Below, one piece after another: positions 29,314-38,923 of a stretch of 64,000 nt of DNA. A program made the position numbers and the translations under genes. The notes under the pieces are model-generated. The model was not told the DNA's origin. It did no database searches and worked only from the letters and a program-made list of their open reading frames with translations. Each line of letters opens with the position of its first letter. Position 1 is the first letter of the stretch. This DNA comes from a virus: positions 1-64,000 of the IMG/VR virus record IMGVR_UViG_3300042475_005534; one strand, written 5' to 3'.

Positions 29314-29934
29314 ATGCCGGCAAGACGAAGCTCAATCAAGGATAACGACTCCACCTATTACGAGAGATTCGCTGCGGCACTCCGTCAAGTGATGGCAAGA
29401 CACGAATGGAGCGAGAGGCGTCTTGCATCGGAACTGGGTATCACGATAGGAACGACTCAGAAATATTTTCGTGCAGGGGTGCACCCATTACGGGTGTCGA
29501 CTGGGATCAACAAGCGCCTCTCCGTGCTGATGGGGATCACGTTGGACGCGCTGGTCGCGTACTACGAAACAGGAGTCTACGAAAGCGATATCTCGTTTGA
29601 GGATGTCGTGTCGTGGATTCGCTCCAGTGCAGGTGCAGGGCACATCTCGGGAATGCTGGAGGCCATGACGACAGCGAGCCAGAGGAGTATCCCGGCTGCG
29701 GCTCTCCCACCGGCAGAAGAGAAGTCGCTTTACTCGTGGCCCAGGGAGGAGCTTGTAGCAGCGGAGGTGCCCGAGTGGTTGCAGGAGAAGATGGGATTGA
29801 CGACCGAGGCGCTGGACCTGCTCGAGAGGGAGGGGACGTTTAGCGATGAGTTGGTTGCTGCGTTCGCGGTGGCCACCAACCTGGAGGAGGAGGCGGTCCG
29901 AGAAGCATTCACCAATAGGGAGGCGGTTGCCTAG
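29314..29934 (+). CDS. XRE-like HTH regulator (repressor candidate)
   Basis: FAAALRQVM...WSERRLASELGITIGTTQKY; divergent from the replication operon. Confidence 0.7.
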   Translation: MPARRSSIKDNDSTYYERFAAALRQVMARHEWSERRLASELGITIGTTQKYFRAGVHPLRVSTGINKRLSVLMGITLDALVAYYETGVYESDISFEDVVSWIRSSAGAGHISGMLEAMTTASQRSIPAAALPPAEEKSLYSWPREELVAAEVPEWLQEKMGLTTEALDLLEREGTFSDELVAAFAVATNLEEEAVREAFTNREAVA

Positions 29935-30172
29935 GCGGGCAGGATGCATGCTATGGTAATCACGTTCCTTCGATTGAAGGGTCGAAGGAACCTCTTGGTG
30001 TGACCGGGGTGAGCCGGACATTACGACTAGAGGGTAAGTGGGATTCAGAGCTCTCCGTGGTAGGGGAGCTTTTTTTTTGGCAAGAAGACAGCGGAGCTAT
30101 CACCAAGGTGCACGACCAGGATGGCGGCAATTTCTGGGTGACTAGGATAGGTCGAGAAATAGATCGGTCCCG

Positions 30173-30508
30173 ATGGCGAGAATGGCCGGTCGGTCGGACA
30201 TTGCACAGCTGCTTCAGGCGGACAAGGACCTGAAGTATGGCTTTGGCGAATTAACGGACGGGGACCTCGGCTTGATTGCAAGAGCCGGCAACGAGTACGA
30301 CCCAGATTCAGCAAGGGTCGAGACTGAAAGAATGTCCGCTGTTCCTGGTAGTGCTTATTTCACTGATGGCCAGGGGTTCGAGAGATATCTGTCTCCGGCA
30401 GAGGGCAAGATGATGCTTGCGCAGGCAATGGCGGATCCCCAGGGATTCATGCGGAGTTACGGGGTACCAGCAGCGGACTTCCTGGGTGCCGTTGCAAGGC
30501 AGGGATAA
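30173..30508 (+). CDS. Hypothetical protein
   Basis: 111-aa ORF, 2 bp from the next gene. Confidence 0.5.
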   Translation: MARMAGRSDIAQLLQADKDLKYGFGELTDGDLGLIARAGNEYDPDSARVETERMSAVPGSAYFTDGQGFERYLSPAEGKMMLAQAMADPQGFMRSYGVPAADFLGAVARQG

Positions 30509-30510
30509 AC

Positions 30511-31518
30511 ATGAATCGTGCACGACGAAGGATACCCCTTGGAACAAGCGCAGCACGACGCCTGCAGCAACTGAGCGCAAGAACCTCACGGCAACGACAG
30601 GGACAGTTCAGGGCCGAGCTTGAGGAGCGTCGCCAGTTCGAAGACCTAGGACTGGATCACGAGGCGGTCCAGAGAGCCAGGGCTGCTGCCTACCTAGAGG
30701 CAATGACTGGAGTCATGGAAGAGCGAAGAGAGCCGTATCAGTTAGAGATTCCTGGGATCAAGGCGACGCTTATGTCGCTGCGCTCTCGAGAACCAATGAC
30801 AGATGACGAAGCCCGCGCCATGGGAATTGTTCTACCCATCGAGCCGGTTGCTAGAGGCCCAGCGGGAGAACAGATGGAAATTAACTTTGATGCACCTACG
30901 GCTGCCAATCAAATCACCCTCCTTCCGCGCCAGGTCACGGGTGAATCCGTTTCGGACTATATCGATCAGTTACCTAGACTTAGGGAACAACCAAGGACCA
31001 GCAAGGCAATGAGAGGGCTCCCACCAGGAAACACTCGCATGGCAGGAGACCCCGCAATCCAGGCTATGGCGCTCAGTATTTTACTGGGACAGGCGGCACC
31101 AGGAGCCTATGGCTTGTACGATGCCGCGACAGGGGAAGAGAGCGGCATAGGCGAGCTGGCGATGAATTACGCCTTGACTGGCTTACCGGCCCTGGGATTC
31201 GTTGGAGGAATAGCAGGAGCTCTAGCAGCAGATCCGGCATCTCGGGCTGCGGCCGATGGATTACGCATTTGGTCAGCCAAGGCCAAGGAAGGTAAACCTC
31301 CAACGGCGGAGGAAATGGCAAGCTTTATGCAAGCCGCTAACGCAGCAGCTGCTCAGAGAATGAAGCAAAACCCAGACATGTCAAGACAGGAAGCGGTGGC
31401 CCTGACCGGGAAGAGGGGACAACGGAATCTCATGGGAGGCGCGTTGGCGGGCACCTTGGCAGGTGGGATTCCAGCGATAATGCTCATGCAAGATTCCCCT
31501 CGGGAGCAAGAGGGTTGA
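30511..31518 (+). CDS. Hypothetical Ala-rich protein
   Basis: 335 aa with hydrophobic Gly/Ala segments. Confidence 0.6.
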   Translation: MNRARRRIPLGTSAARRLQQLSARTSRQRQGQFRAELEERRQFEDLGLDHEAVQRARAAAYLEAMTGVMEERREPYQLEIPGIKATLMSLRSREPMTDDEARAMGIVLPIEPVARGPAGEQMEINFDAPTAANQITLLPRQVTGESVSDYIDQLPRLREQPRTSKAMRGLPPGNTRMAGDPAIQAMALSILLGQAAPGAYGLYDAATGEESGIGELAMNYALTGLPALGFVGGIAGALAADPASRAAADGLRIWSAKAKEGKPPTAEEMASFMQAANAAAAQRMKQNPDMSRQEAVALTGKRGQRNLMGGALAGTLAGGIPAIMLMQDSPREQEG

Positions 31519-31522
31519 CCTG

Positions 31523-31642
31523 GTGACACGCAAAGCCGGAGACAAACTTGCCGCCGCCTGTTGGAAGGGCTATGAGGCTATTGGCACCAAGGTGAAAGAT
31601 GGTCGCACGGTGCCGAATTGTGTACCTGTGAAGAAAGCTTGA
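31523..31642 (+). CDS. Small CWKGY...VPNCVP motif protein (39 aa)
   Basis: MTRKAGDKLAAACWKGYEAIGTKVKDGRTVPNCVPVKKA*, a recurrent phage motif; below the ORF-track cutoff. Confidence 0.65.
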   Translation: MTRKAGDKLAAACWKGYEAIGTKVKDGRTVPNCVPVKKA

Positions 31643-31926
31643 TGGCCAAGATCCGTGTTGCTGGTGAGATCTTTGAGGGATTAAACCAACCCAAGCGCAC
31701 GCCAGGCGACAGCAAGAAGTTTGCAGTCGCAGTGCGGGGACCAGGGGGCGACCCCAGGATCGTGCGCTTTGGAGATCCTTCGATGCAGAATTACCGCAAC
31801 GGACCCCAGGGACAGGGAGGACACGGGGACGACGGACGCAGGGCCAACTTCAAGAGTCGCCACAATTGCGATGAGAAAACTGACAAGACCAAGCCTGGCT
31901 GGTGGAGTTGTAACTGGAGCTGGTAG
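31642..31926 (+). CDS. Conserved phage hypothetical protein
   Basis: KKFAV...IVRFGD...RRANFKSRHNCD...PGWWSC. Confidence 0.7.
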   Translation: MAKIRVAGEIFEGLNQPKRTPGDSKKFAVAVRGPGGDPRIVRFGDPSMQNYRNGPQGQGGHGDDGRRANFKSRHNCDEKTDKTKPGWWSCNWSW

Positions 31927-32009
31927 GCACCCCCCCAGCTAGCGAGCAAAGGGATAGTCCATCCTTGCTAGCCTGGTCTTGCGCTTAAACCCCGGCGAGA
32001 CTAAGCCCT

Positions 32010-32324
32010 TTGTCTCACAGGATTGAAGGATCGGAGTTGGTCTCGAAGCGGGCCACCAAGAACAGTTTCAGGCGAGAGATCATCAACGCGTGGGACGGCT
32101 GCTGCAGTTACTGCGGATGCCAGCCCGAGAAGGTCACCCTTGACCATGTCGTCCCCAAGATCAAGGGCGGCACCACGAAGAGATCGAATCTGGTGCCAGC
32201 CTGTGCTTCGTGCAATGTCTCAAAGAATCACTGCGACGTTTGGCAGTGGTACATGGAGCAGCCGTTCTACTGCGCCGACAAGGAGCAAGCGATCAGGAGC
32301 TGGCTATCGAATGGACCGGGCTAG
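32010..32324 (+). CDS. HNH endonuclease
   Basis: CSYCG...TLDHVVPKIKGG....NLVPACASCNVSK. Confidence 0.88.
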   Translation: MSHRIEGSELVSKRATKNSFRREIINAWDGCCSYCGCQPEKVTLDHVVPKIKGGTTKRSNLVPACASCNVSKNHCDVWQWYMEQPFYCADKEQAIRSWLSNGPG

Positions 32325-32330
32325 CGCTGT

Positions 32331-34016
32331 TCACACTCTTGCGAGTACAACCTTCTCCGGCTGGTGCTGATACTTGCCATCGCGGTCCTCGTAGGTGACA
32401 TCACAGGGATCCCCCTCGAAAAACAGGAGTTGACAGATCCCTTCATTGGCGTAGATGCGGCAGTCAGCCCCTGAGGAGTTGCTGAACTCCAGGGTGAGGT
32501 GGCCTTCCCAGCCGGCCTCGGCGGGAGTTGTGTTGAGAATGATACCGCAGTTCTTGACAAAGACTCCCGCAGACAGGGCAAAGTTTCCTGTCCTGGGAGC
32601 GGCGAGGCAGTAGGTTGGATGAAGACCAGGAACGCGGCGCACATTGCAAATCTTATGGTTTGCAGCCAGCGTTCCTGCCCGGAAGCCTTCGATGATGCTG
32701 TGGAACCGGCGAAAAGCGGAGCGATCTACGCTCAGCATCCTGGCAGCTCCACGAATGGAACCCGTAGCCAGTAGTGCGTTCGTCAGACTTTCAGAAGTGA
32801 CATCTTTTCGGCGGCGAAGCGCTCCCGCGCCAGCGTGTGCCACGGCCGACTGTTTGGCCCTGGCGTCTGGCTGAAGCCAGCGCTTCTTTCTTGCCTTAGC
32901 AAGGTTTTGACGGCTCTCTTCCGAGTCGAGATAAGGACGTCGTCCCTCTAGGGCCTTGCGCTTGCTCTCGTCACAGTGCAAGGCATTCAAGATTTTTTTC
33001 CGGTGTTGCGAATCCAACGCAAACTTCTCCGCGCTTTTCCGGCCACCATGCAAATGCCTGAGATCTTCCTGGTTGTGAAGTCGCGTGTGCTGCGCTTGCG
33101 TCAACAATGCAAGGTTGTCCGGGTGATTGTTTGTCTTAATTCCGTCTCGATGATGGACGTGCAGATCTTCGCAGTCAAGGATATCCCTGGCGACCATCCG
33201 GTGAACCGATGTGCGTGCACCTCGCCTGTCACTTCCTTTGGAGGCCAGCGCCGAAGCGTGAACCGGATCGTAAACGCCGGGATAGCCGTGGTCCTCCCAG
33301 TCGTAGAAAGCGTGCAGGGAATCCCCAGGCTGGAGGTGCTGGGCCTCTTTCTCAGTACCGTCTCGAAGCAGGAATCCGTGGTCAGGCGTGCAATGAATCA
33401 ATTCTCCGTTGTCCAGTTCAACTTCAAGAAGTTGGCTTTCCTCGATAAGACGCGGCGCAACCAATTCCTGAGCGATGATTCGACCGTCCAGGACTCCGAA
33501 GCCGTACAACCTTTCTCCAGCCTTTGCTTTGTCGATCAATTCCAGAAAGGTGAAATCTCCGTCAACAAGGCGAACCTTGGTGTCACCACTGAAGCAACGC
33601 GCATAAGTGCTCTTGCCCAGGCAGATGACCGTGACATTGGCTGGGACCTTGAGCTTTTCCAGGGCGACCCCGAGTCCGTAGGAGTGGGCCGGGAGAATGA
33701 AGTAGGCCCCATCACTGTCTGAGTGCAGGGCAGCAGGCTCCAGGTTGTCGGGGTTGAACCGCTTGGGGTCCATCACCGTGCCGGGTATATGGCGGAAGAT
33801 CAGGAACTCCTTGGGCGAGAGACGCAGGTCATAGCCGTAGGAGCTGCAGCCGTAGGACAGGGCCGGGACGGTGTCGATCTCCCAGACGACCTTGTCCAGT
33901 ATGGGATCAAAGGAGTAGGGATGCCTCAGCTCAATGCGGCGTACCAGCTCCGGAGTGAACGGTTCGATCATCCCAGCAGAGGCCTGCTGCTTAATCCAGC
34001 GGTCGTTCTTCAGCAT
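32331..34016 (-). CDS. dcd: dCTP deaminase with intein (561-aa precursor, 212 aa spliced)
   Basis: [21 protein letters not shown]|[36 protein letters not shown]. Confidence 0.92.
   Translation of the reverse strand: MLKNDRWIKQQASAGMIEPFTPELVRRIELRHPYSFDPILDKVVWEIDTVPALSYGCSSYGYDLRLSPKEFLIFRHIPGTVMDPKRFNPDNLEPAALHSDSDGAYFILPAHSYGLGVALEKLKVPANVTVICLGKSTYARCFSGDTKVRLVDGDFTFLELIDKAKAGERLYGFGVLDGRIIAQELVAPRLIEESQLLEVELDNGELIHCTPDHGFLLRDGTEKEAQHLQPGDSLHAFYDWEDHGYPGVYDPVHASALASKGSDRRGARTSVHRMVARDILDCEDLHVHHRDGIKTNNHPDNLALLTQAQHTRLHNQEDLRHLHGGRKSAEKFALDSQHRKKILNALHCDESKRKALEGRRPYLDSEESRQNLAKARKKRWLQPDARAKQSAVAHAGAGALRRRKDVTSESLTNALLATGSIRGAARMLSVDRSAFRRFHSIIEGFRAGTLAANHKICNVRRVPGLHPTYCLAAPRTGNFALSAGVFVKNCGIILNTTPAEAGWEGHLTLEFSNSSGADCRIYANEGICQLLFFEGDPCDVTYEDRDGKYQHQPEKVVLARV
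32550..33596 (-). mobile_element. Intein (349 aa) with HNH endonuclease
   Basis: Begins CFSGDTKV, block [11 protein letters not shown], ends [13 protein letters not shown] followed by +1 Cys; internal [16 protein letters not shown]. Confidence 0.92.
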
Positions 34017-34020
34017 GGGT

Positions 34021-34233
34021 TTAGGGCACGTAGCCCATGACGATGCCCAGGGGAACGACCCCGATCCCAATAGCCCGGATCACAACCACGCCGCCCAGGG
34101 GGTCGAACGACGAGCCAGCAAGCTTGATGATGTTGCTGGTCCAGCCGTAGGAGCTACCGCCCACGATGGCAGCGAAGAGTAAGCCAACACCGATGCTCTG
34201 AAGGCGAAAGACAATCGAAGGACCGCGGGCCAT
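34021..34233 (-). CDS. Small membrane protein
   Basis: GWTSNIIKL...[18 protein letters not shown]. Confidence 0.6.
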   Translation of the reverse strand: MARGPSIVFRLQSIGVGLLFAAIVGGSSYGWTSNIIKLAGSSFDPLGGVVVIRAIGIGVVPLGIVMGYVP

Positions 34234-34775
34234 GGGGTGAAAGGATGGGGCTTTCATTATGACCGCCACGGCAGGCAGTGGCAAGCAATTGGTGCTCGGG
34301 GGTGTAAGCACTTATACTCACTGCTCATTCGGTAGAATGCTTTTGACCTGAATGGAGCGTAAGCTTGCACAGGAAAGCAATCAATTGGTCAGGCACAGCA
34401 CACATCCCCTGGGCGGCGCTGCTGCTTGGGCTGGCGCTAGGGCAGGCCGTTGCTGCAAATGCAGCACCCGAGGGGCACATGGTGCAGACACTGCGTTACG
34501 GGGACAGGCGCCACTGCGTCAATGCTGGCGATCTATACGCCCCGGATCGATGGAAGCTGTGGCTGATTTGGGCTCCCAGGAGGGATTGCCAGGAAACGCC
34601 TGTAAATCTTGTCGCGCATCGCGGGGCTGTTGGCGTTTGGCACCCCTTCCAGTGAACGCCCCGGAACGTAAGGAGTGTCCACCCTGAAGCTAGGCCCCCC
34701 CGCAATGGCGTCTTGCAGGAGGGGCGCTACTTTAGGGCTGAATGCCATTCGCATGGTTAATTGGGGGAGGTGTCC

Positions 34776-35192
34776 TCAATAGCCGCGAAGAAGACGTCTT
34801 TTTTGCTCTTCCCGATCCAACGCGCCACTACCCCCCTGAGCGAAAGTCTTTAAGTCATTGCCGCGGGCATATCGCCTCCAGGCCTCCTCCCCTGGACTGA
34901 GCTGTCCGGGGCGCGATGGAGCGCCTCCCCCGCCCCTCCCAAAGACAGCGTCATTGATTCGCTGTAAAGAATCAGGTGGAGCCACGTCGGGATTGAGGAA
35001 ATCGGTAGCCCCTTTCACTACCCCGCCAAACAGTCGACGAGGGTCCATAGCAACTTCGTTACCGTCGTCAGGCATGTATGCGCCAAACTTGGCAGCGTTG
35101 AAGCCGTCTGGCCGTCCACCGCCCTTAGGGATCCCTCGCTGATAATCCTTGATTCGGTCGAGGTAAGGGCTTACGAAGTCACGCAAATTCAT
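34776..35192 (-). CDS. Hypothetical protein
   Basis: Gly-rich 138-aa ORF. Confidence 0.5.
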   Translation of the reverse strand: MNLRDFVSPYLDRIKDYQRGIPKGGGRPDGFNAAKFGAYMPDDGNEVAMDPRRLFGGVVKGATDFLNPDVAPPDSLQRINDAVFGRGGGGAPSRPGQLSPGEEAWRRYARGNDLKTFAQGGSGALDREEQKRRLLRGY

Positions 35193-35229
35193 GAAGGGGT
35201 CAAGAATCCTGTAACCCAATCATAGTGAA

Positions 35230-35982
35230 CTAGGAAGCGAGGGCTAACGCTTCCTTCTCTAGTGCGACCAAGCGCTTGTATTCGGCGACCTTCTGCAGCC
35301 ACTTGAAGCGGAAACTCCGCAATTCATGGGGGCGCAGGATGAAGGACTGGACGGTCTCTGGAGTTGTGACCAACATGCCACCGAACTCGACATCGATGCC
35401 AAGGGTCTCTTCGATTGCGATGGAGTAGGCGCCGAGCTGGAGGCCGCACTTATTGAATTTCATCCAGCCAGAGAAGTGTGCTCGGTTCTCGTCCTTTGGG
35501 AAGTAGCGGCAATAGGGAGAGACAGAGGATTTGACGTCAGCCAGCCAGGCGACGCCGCCTCTGAGGCCAACGATGTCAGGACATCCGGAGTAGCCGTGCT
35601 CGTGAGACCAGATCCTGGAGATGCCATCTTCTCCAGTGCAGAAGTCCCATTCCTTACGGAGCGGCTTTTCCGACCAGAGAAAGCCTTCGTAGCGATCGAG
35701 GTGCTGGGCAACACCCTCCCAGTAGGGCAGGAGGTCATCAGGCAGATTGACCTCCTTGCCACGGATGTAGTCTTCGCAGGCGGCGTGGATTGCCGTCCCT
35801 CGTTTCGCTGCTGCTTCTCTTGCGCCAGGGTTATTGAGATTCCATGCTTGGAGCCTCTGATTGGCTTTGGCTCCTGCTGTTTTTCCGAGAATGGAAGTTA
35901 CCGAAGGGTAGACCCGATTGGGGTCATCTCCGGCCCTGTAATGCCGAACCCCGTTGATTTCGAATCGGGTCGGCGCTTGCAC
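35230..35982 (-). CDS. PD-(D/E)xK exonuclease
   Basis: YPSVTSIL, RGTAIH, YSGCPD, LADVKSS, LQLGAY. Confidence 0.85.
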   Translation of the reverse strand: MQAPTRFEINGVRHYRAGDDPNRVYPSVTSILGKTAGAKANQRLQAWNLNNPGAREAAAKRGTAIHAACEDYIRGKEVNLPDDLLPYWEGVAQHLDRYEGFLWSEKPLRKEWDFCTGEDGISRIWSHEHGYSGCPDIVGLRGGVAWLADVKSSVSPYCRYFPKDENRAHFSGWMKFNKCGLQLGAYSIAIEETLGIDVEFGGMLVTTPETVQSFILRPHELRSFRFKWLQKVAEYKRLVALEKEALALAS

Positions 35983-36093
35983 ATAGGAATTGATTTCCTT
36001 GAGTGTAACTAGATCTCATGGGGTGAAATTGCGAGCGGCTGATTCGGAAAGCAGGGCCGTCCAATCCGGAATGGAATCAGCTAGGAGCAGCTA

Positions 36094-36348
36094 TCACGGC
36101 AATGGCCCATAGGGCTCGTCGTCACTGGCGTCAGCATCGACGGTCTCGATGTCCCTCCATTCGCCACAAAGCGCCCGCATGCATCCCTGGTACCATGTGA
36201 AGTATCCCTGGAGTTTTAGGTGCGTCCTGCCTTCCTCGGTCTGGAAGCGAGCCAGGCGGTAAGCGTCGGGCAAGGTTTTGTCGATAGTGGGCGCGCCAAT
36301 TTGCATCAACATCTGGGAGTCTTCAGGTCCAGTAAGTGAAATCGTCAT
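36094..36348 (-). CDS. Hypothetical protein
   Basis: 84-aa coupled ORF. Confidence 0.55.
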   Translation of the reverse strand: MTISLTGPEDSQMLMQIGAPTIDKTLPDAYRLARFQTEEGRTHLKLQGYFTWYQGCMRALCGEWRDIETVDADASDDEPYGPLP

Positions 36349-36662
36349 GGTGTTTCAGGGGTAGGTGAACAGGCAACTGGCAGGGCGCGTACAGCGTGAG
36401 CAAAGCTGATTAAGTCCCGACCGAGCGTGTGTGAACACATGCTGACAGGGATAAAGCCCGAGCCATAGTCGTCACCTCGCATATGGGGGAAGTGCTCACC
36501 CGCAAGGCGCATGATGTCGTCGTCCAGGGTGGGAGGTTTCTGGGCTTCTGCCCAGTAGGCCTCGATGTCGGCTCTCACGTCAGAAAATGCAATCGTACAT
36601 AAATTTTTTCGGATGTCATTAAAACGGGCTGATTCTAAATCAATTGTAGATCGGTCGGTCAT
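36345..36662 (-). CDS. Hypothetical protein
   Basis: 105-aa ORF. Confidence 0.55.
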   Translation of the reverse strand: MTDRSTIDLESARFNDIRKNLCTIAFSDVRADIEAYWAEAQKPPTLDDDIMRLAGEHFPHMRGDDYGSGFIPVSMCSHTLGRDLISFAHAVRALPVACSPTPETP

Positions 36663-36667
36663 GGTAG

Positions 36668-37069
36668 TTAAAAATCATCTGGATTGATGCCAATGGATTC
36701 AGCAAAATCGTCTAAATCTTGCGAATCTGAATCCCATAAAACTCGTCCGTTTTCTGTGATTTTCTTGGGAGAGGCATAGCCATCCATTGCTTCAGATAGC
36801 GCTTGAATTACGGCCATTCTCACTGACTCACACGGGTTAGTCATTGAAGTCATGCATCTGATCTTGTGATAGACAACGCTCTTGCCTTCATCAGGCCTGA
36901 TCTGCTTGTCAGGCACCGGCACGGGCGTTTGCTGTGGGCACCAGCGTGAACCAGGATGCTCAAGAATGGCTTTCGCCAAGGACGTGGCCTCCTGATCCGT
37001 GCAGTGCTCGCAAGACTCCTGAATGATTTGGGCCAAACGAAAAATGTGGCCAACTTTGGGAGTAGTCAT
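36668..37069 (-). CDS. Hypothetical protein sharing a module with the upstream gene
   Basis: P.VGHI.RLA.II...LA.AIL.HPGSRW is also present in 37074-38147. Confidence 0.6.
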   Translation of the reverse strand: MTTPKVGHIFRLAQIIQESCEHCTDQEATSLAKAILEHPGSRWCPQQTPVPVPDKQIRPDEGKSVVYHKIRCMTSMTNPCESVRMAVIQALSEAMDGYASPKKITENGRVLWDSDSQDLDDFAESIGINPDDF

Positions 37070-37073
37070 GGGT

Positions 37074-38147
37074 TTACGGGCTCTCCTGGCTAGTTGGCAC
37101 CGGCAGGGCGTAGTGGGGGAGCACCTCGACACGCCGAATCTCTAGAGAATGTGGGCCGTCCTGTGAATACTCGGACAAATAGTGCTGGCCTTCGCTCAGT
37201 GCTTGGGCGTAGGTGGGAGCGGCTCCACCGGCCTGTTCTTCGTATTCATTGTTGAATACCGAGAACTCAAACCGCTCCGCCACGGGCGCGGGCTTGATGA
37301 CGGGGCGGGCGTAGCGGACGAGGACGGCGCTGCACAGATCGGCAACATCTTCAGCGCAGACGTTGCCGATCACCTGGACATCGGGTTCCCAGCCGAAGGC
37401 GCACTTTTGGACTGCCTTTGCAATAGAGATGATACGCTCACTCGGCCCCTCCGGATCGGGCTGGGCTGTTCGCTGTTCGGCGCGGTTGAGGGAGGCCACA
37501 ACCTCCTCAATCGGAACCATCACGCCGTCACGAAGAATTGCTGCTCCATTACCGCAGATTCCTTCCGACCATTGCACAGCCGCCACCGGCTCAGGCTTGG
37601 CCAGGGCGGCGTGTGCCGAATCTTCCAGGCCTTTCAAATAACCCAGCCGCCGCTCTTCGGTGGGGTCGGAGTACGGCTGGGCCAGCTCGGCGCGGGTGCG
37701 CCAGCGGCTACCGGGATGACTCAAGATCGCCTCGGCCAACGCACCAGCGCCTTTATCGTGATTGCCGTCAACCTCGCGGATGATTTCAGCTAGGCGCAGG
37801 ATATGGCCCACTCTGGGTGGAAGCCCCTCCGGCTCGGGCTGAGCCAGGGCGGACTTGAGCCGTTGCCTAATGTCCTGCCAAGCATCAAAAGCAGCATTAT
37901 CCCTGTCATAAGGTTTTAAGCTAGAAAAGTTATAGCAACCTTCTCCATTGTTAAATGCCAAGACTTCGGCACAAAGCCCTCTCCAATGGGCAAGGCTCAC
38001 CCCCTCCGGCTCGGGCTGGGCCAGCTCGGCGCGGGTGCGGGCGATCAGTTGTCTCATGCTTCGCTCAGTGTCACTTTGGACCGTATAGGTCAGCGCGTCG
38101 TCTAGGCGATCAGCCAGCTCAGCACACCGGGCTTTCCAATCAGTCAT
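37074..38147 (-). CDS. Mosaic protein with repeated LAQPEPEG linkers
   Basis: 357 aa with five LAQP-type linkers separating unrelated modules. Confidence 0.7.
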   Translation of the reverse strand: MTDWKARCAELADRLDDALTYTVQSDTERSMRQLIARTRAELAQPEPEGVSLAHWRGLCAEVLAFNNGEGCYNFSSLKPYDRDNAAFDAWQDIRQRLKSALAQPEPEGLPPRVGHILRLAEIIREVDGNHDKGAGALAEAILSHPGSRWRTRAELAQPYSDPTEERRLGYLKGLEDSAHAALAKPEPVAAVQWSEGICGNGAAILRDGVMVPIEEVVASLNRAEQRTAQPDPEGPSERIISIAKAVQKCAFGWEPDVQVIGNVCAEDVADLCSAVLVRYARPVIKPAPVAERFEFSVFNNEYEEQAGGAAPTYAQALSEGQHYLSEYSQDGPHSLEIRRVEVLPHYALPVPTSQESP

Positions 38148-38733
38148 TTTTCAGATCCTCGGTTGTGATAGTAGATAACTGTTGAAGCAGGGTGGCGATG
38201 CGTTCGCGCTCCTCCAGCAATGGAATGGAATGCCAGTCCCGCAGTCGCCTGACCAGCTCTTCCACCTCTCCCTCCCCCACCTCCGGCTTGATGGCGGGAC
38301 GGCCCCAGCGGGCGAGGACGGCCAACATCAGATCACTCAGTTCACAGTGGGCTGATTCCAGGCAGCCACCTCTCCGCAGCCACGTTGCCCATGGCTCCCT
38401 CGCAAAAGCAAAGCCAATTAGGTTTACGTGGTCCGGCGTCACCCCCTCCGGCTCGGGCTGGGCCAGGGCGTCGTCCGGGGCCCAGCCCCCCAGCTCGGCG
38501 GCGATGGCGTTTATCTTCCGAAGCATCCTGATCCGCTCAGTGAGAACCGCAACCTCAAGATCGCTACTCATGGGAGCTGGCTTGTCTTGCGCGAGTTGCT
38601 CTTCCAGGGCGAGAAGGGCTTCGGCAATAAGGACTACCTCAGGGCACTTGGGGCCTTCATGATCGGCCCGCATGTGATAAGCATCCAGTACCGCCTGAGC
38701 GGCGGGGGATAACTGTTTAGAATCGTTGTCCAT
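38140..38733 (-). CDS. Hypothetical protein with LAQPEPEG linker
   Basis: LSPAAQAVLDA start; shares linker DNA with the next gene. Confidence 0.65.
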   Translation of the reverse strand: MDNDSKQLSPAAQAVLDAYHMRADHEGPKCPEVVLIAEALLALEEQLAQDKPAPMSSDLEVAVLTERIRMLRKINAIAAELGGWAPDDALAQPEPEGVTPDHVNLIGFAFAREPWATWLRRGGCLESAHCELSDLMLAVLARWGRPAIKPEVGEGEVEELVRRLRDWHSIPLLEERERIATLLQQLSTITTEDLKND

Positions 38734-38923
38734 GGTAATCGCAGGAAGAACAGTGGATTTTGTATTGAAGAGGGTTGGTTAAGAGTGCTCCGCTTGGGTC
38801 GGAGTCATATAGCTCCTCCCCGCAGACTGGGCAAGCGATTCCATTGAGACGCGGGCTACTAAGCAAAAAGGCCTTTGCTTGGTGCTTGCGATTGTGGTCA
38901 TATAGTGAGATGAGGTCAGTCAC
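38717..38923 (-). CDS. Small zinc-ribbon protein
   Basis: NGIACPVCGEEL...CSSCDY. Confidence 0.6.
   Translation of the reverse strand: MTDLISLYDHNRKHQAKAFLLSSPRLNGIACPVCGEELYDSDPSGALLTNPLQYKIHCSSCDYHGQRF

Noticed and set aside
35230-35982. Cas4 / CRISPR adaptation gene
   Set aside because: No clear four-Cys cluster pattern and no cas context; fits an ordinary phage PD-(D/E)xK exonuclease.
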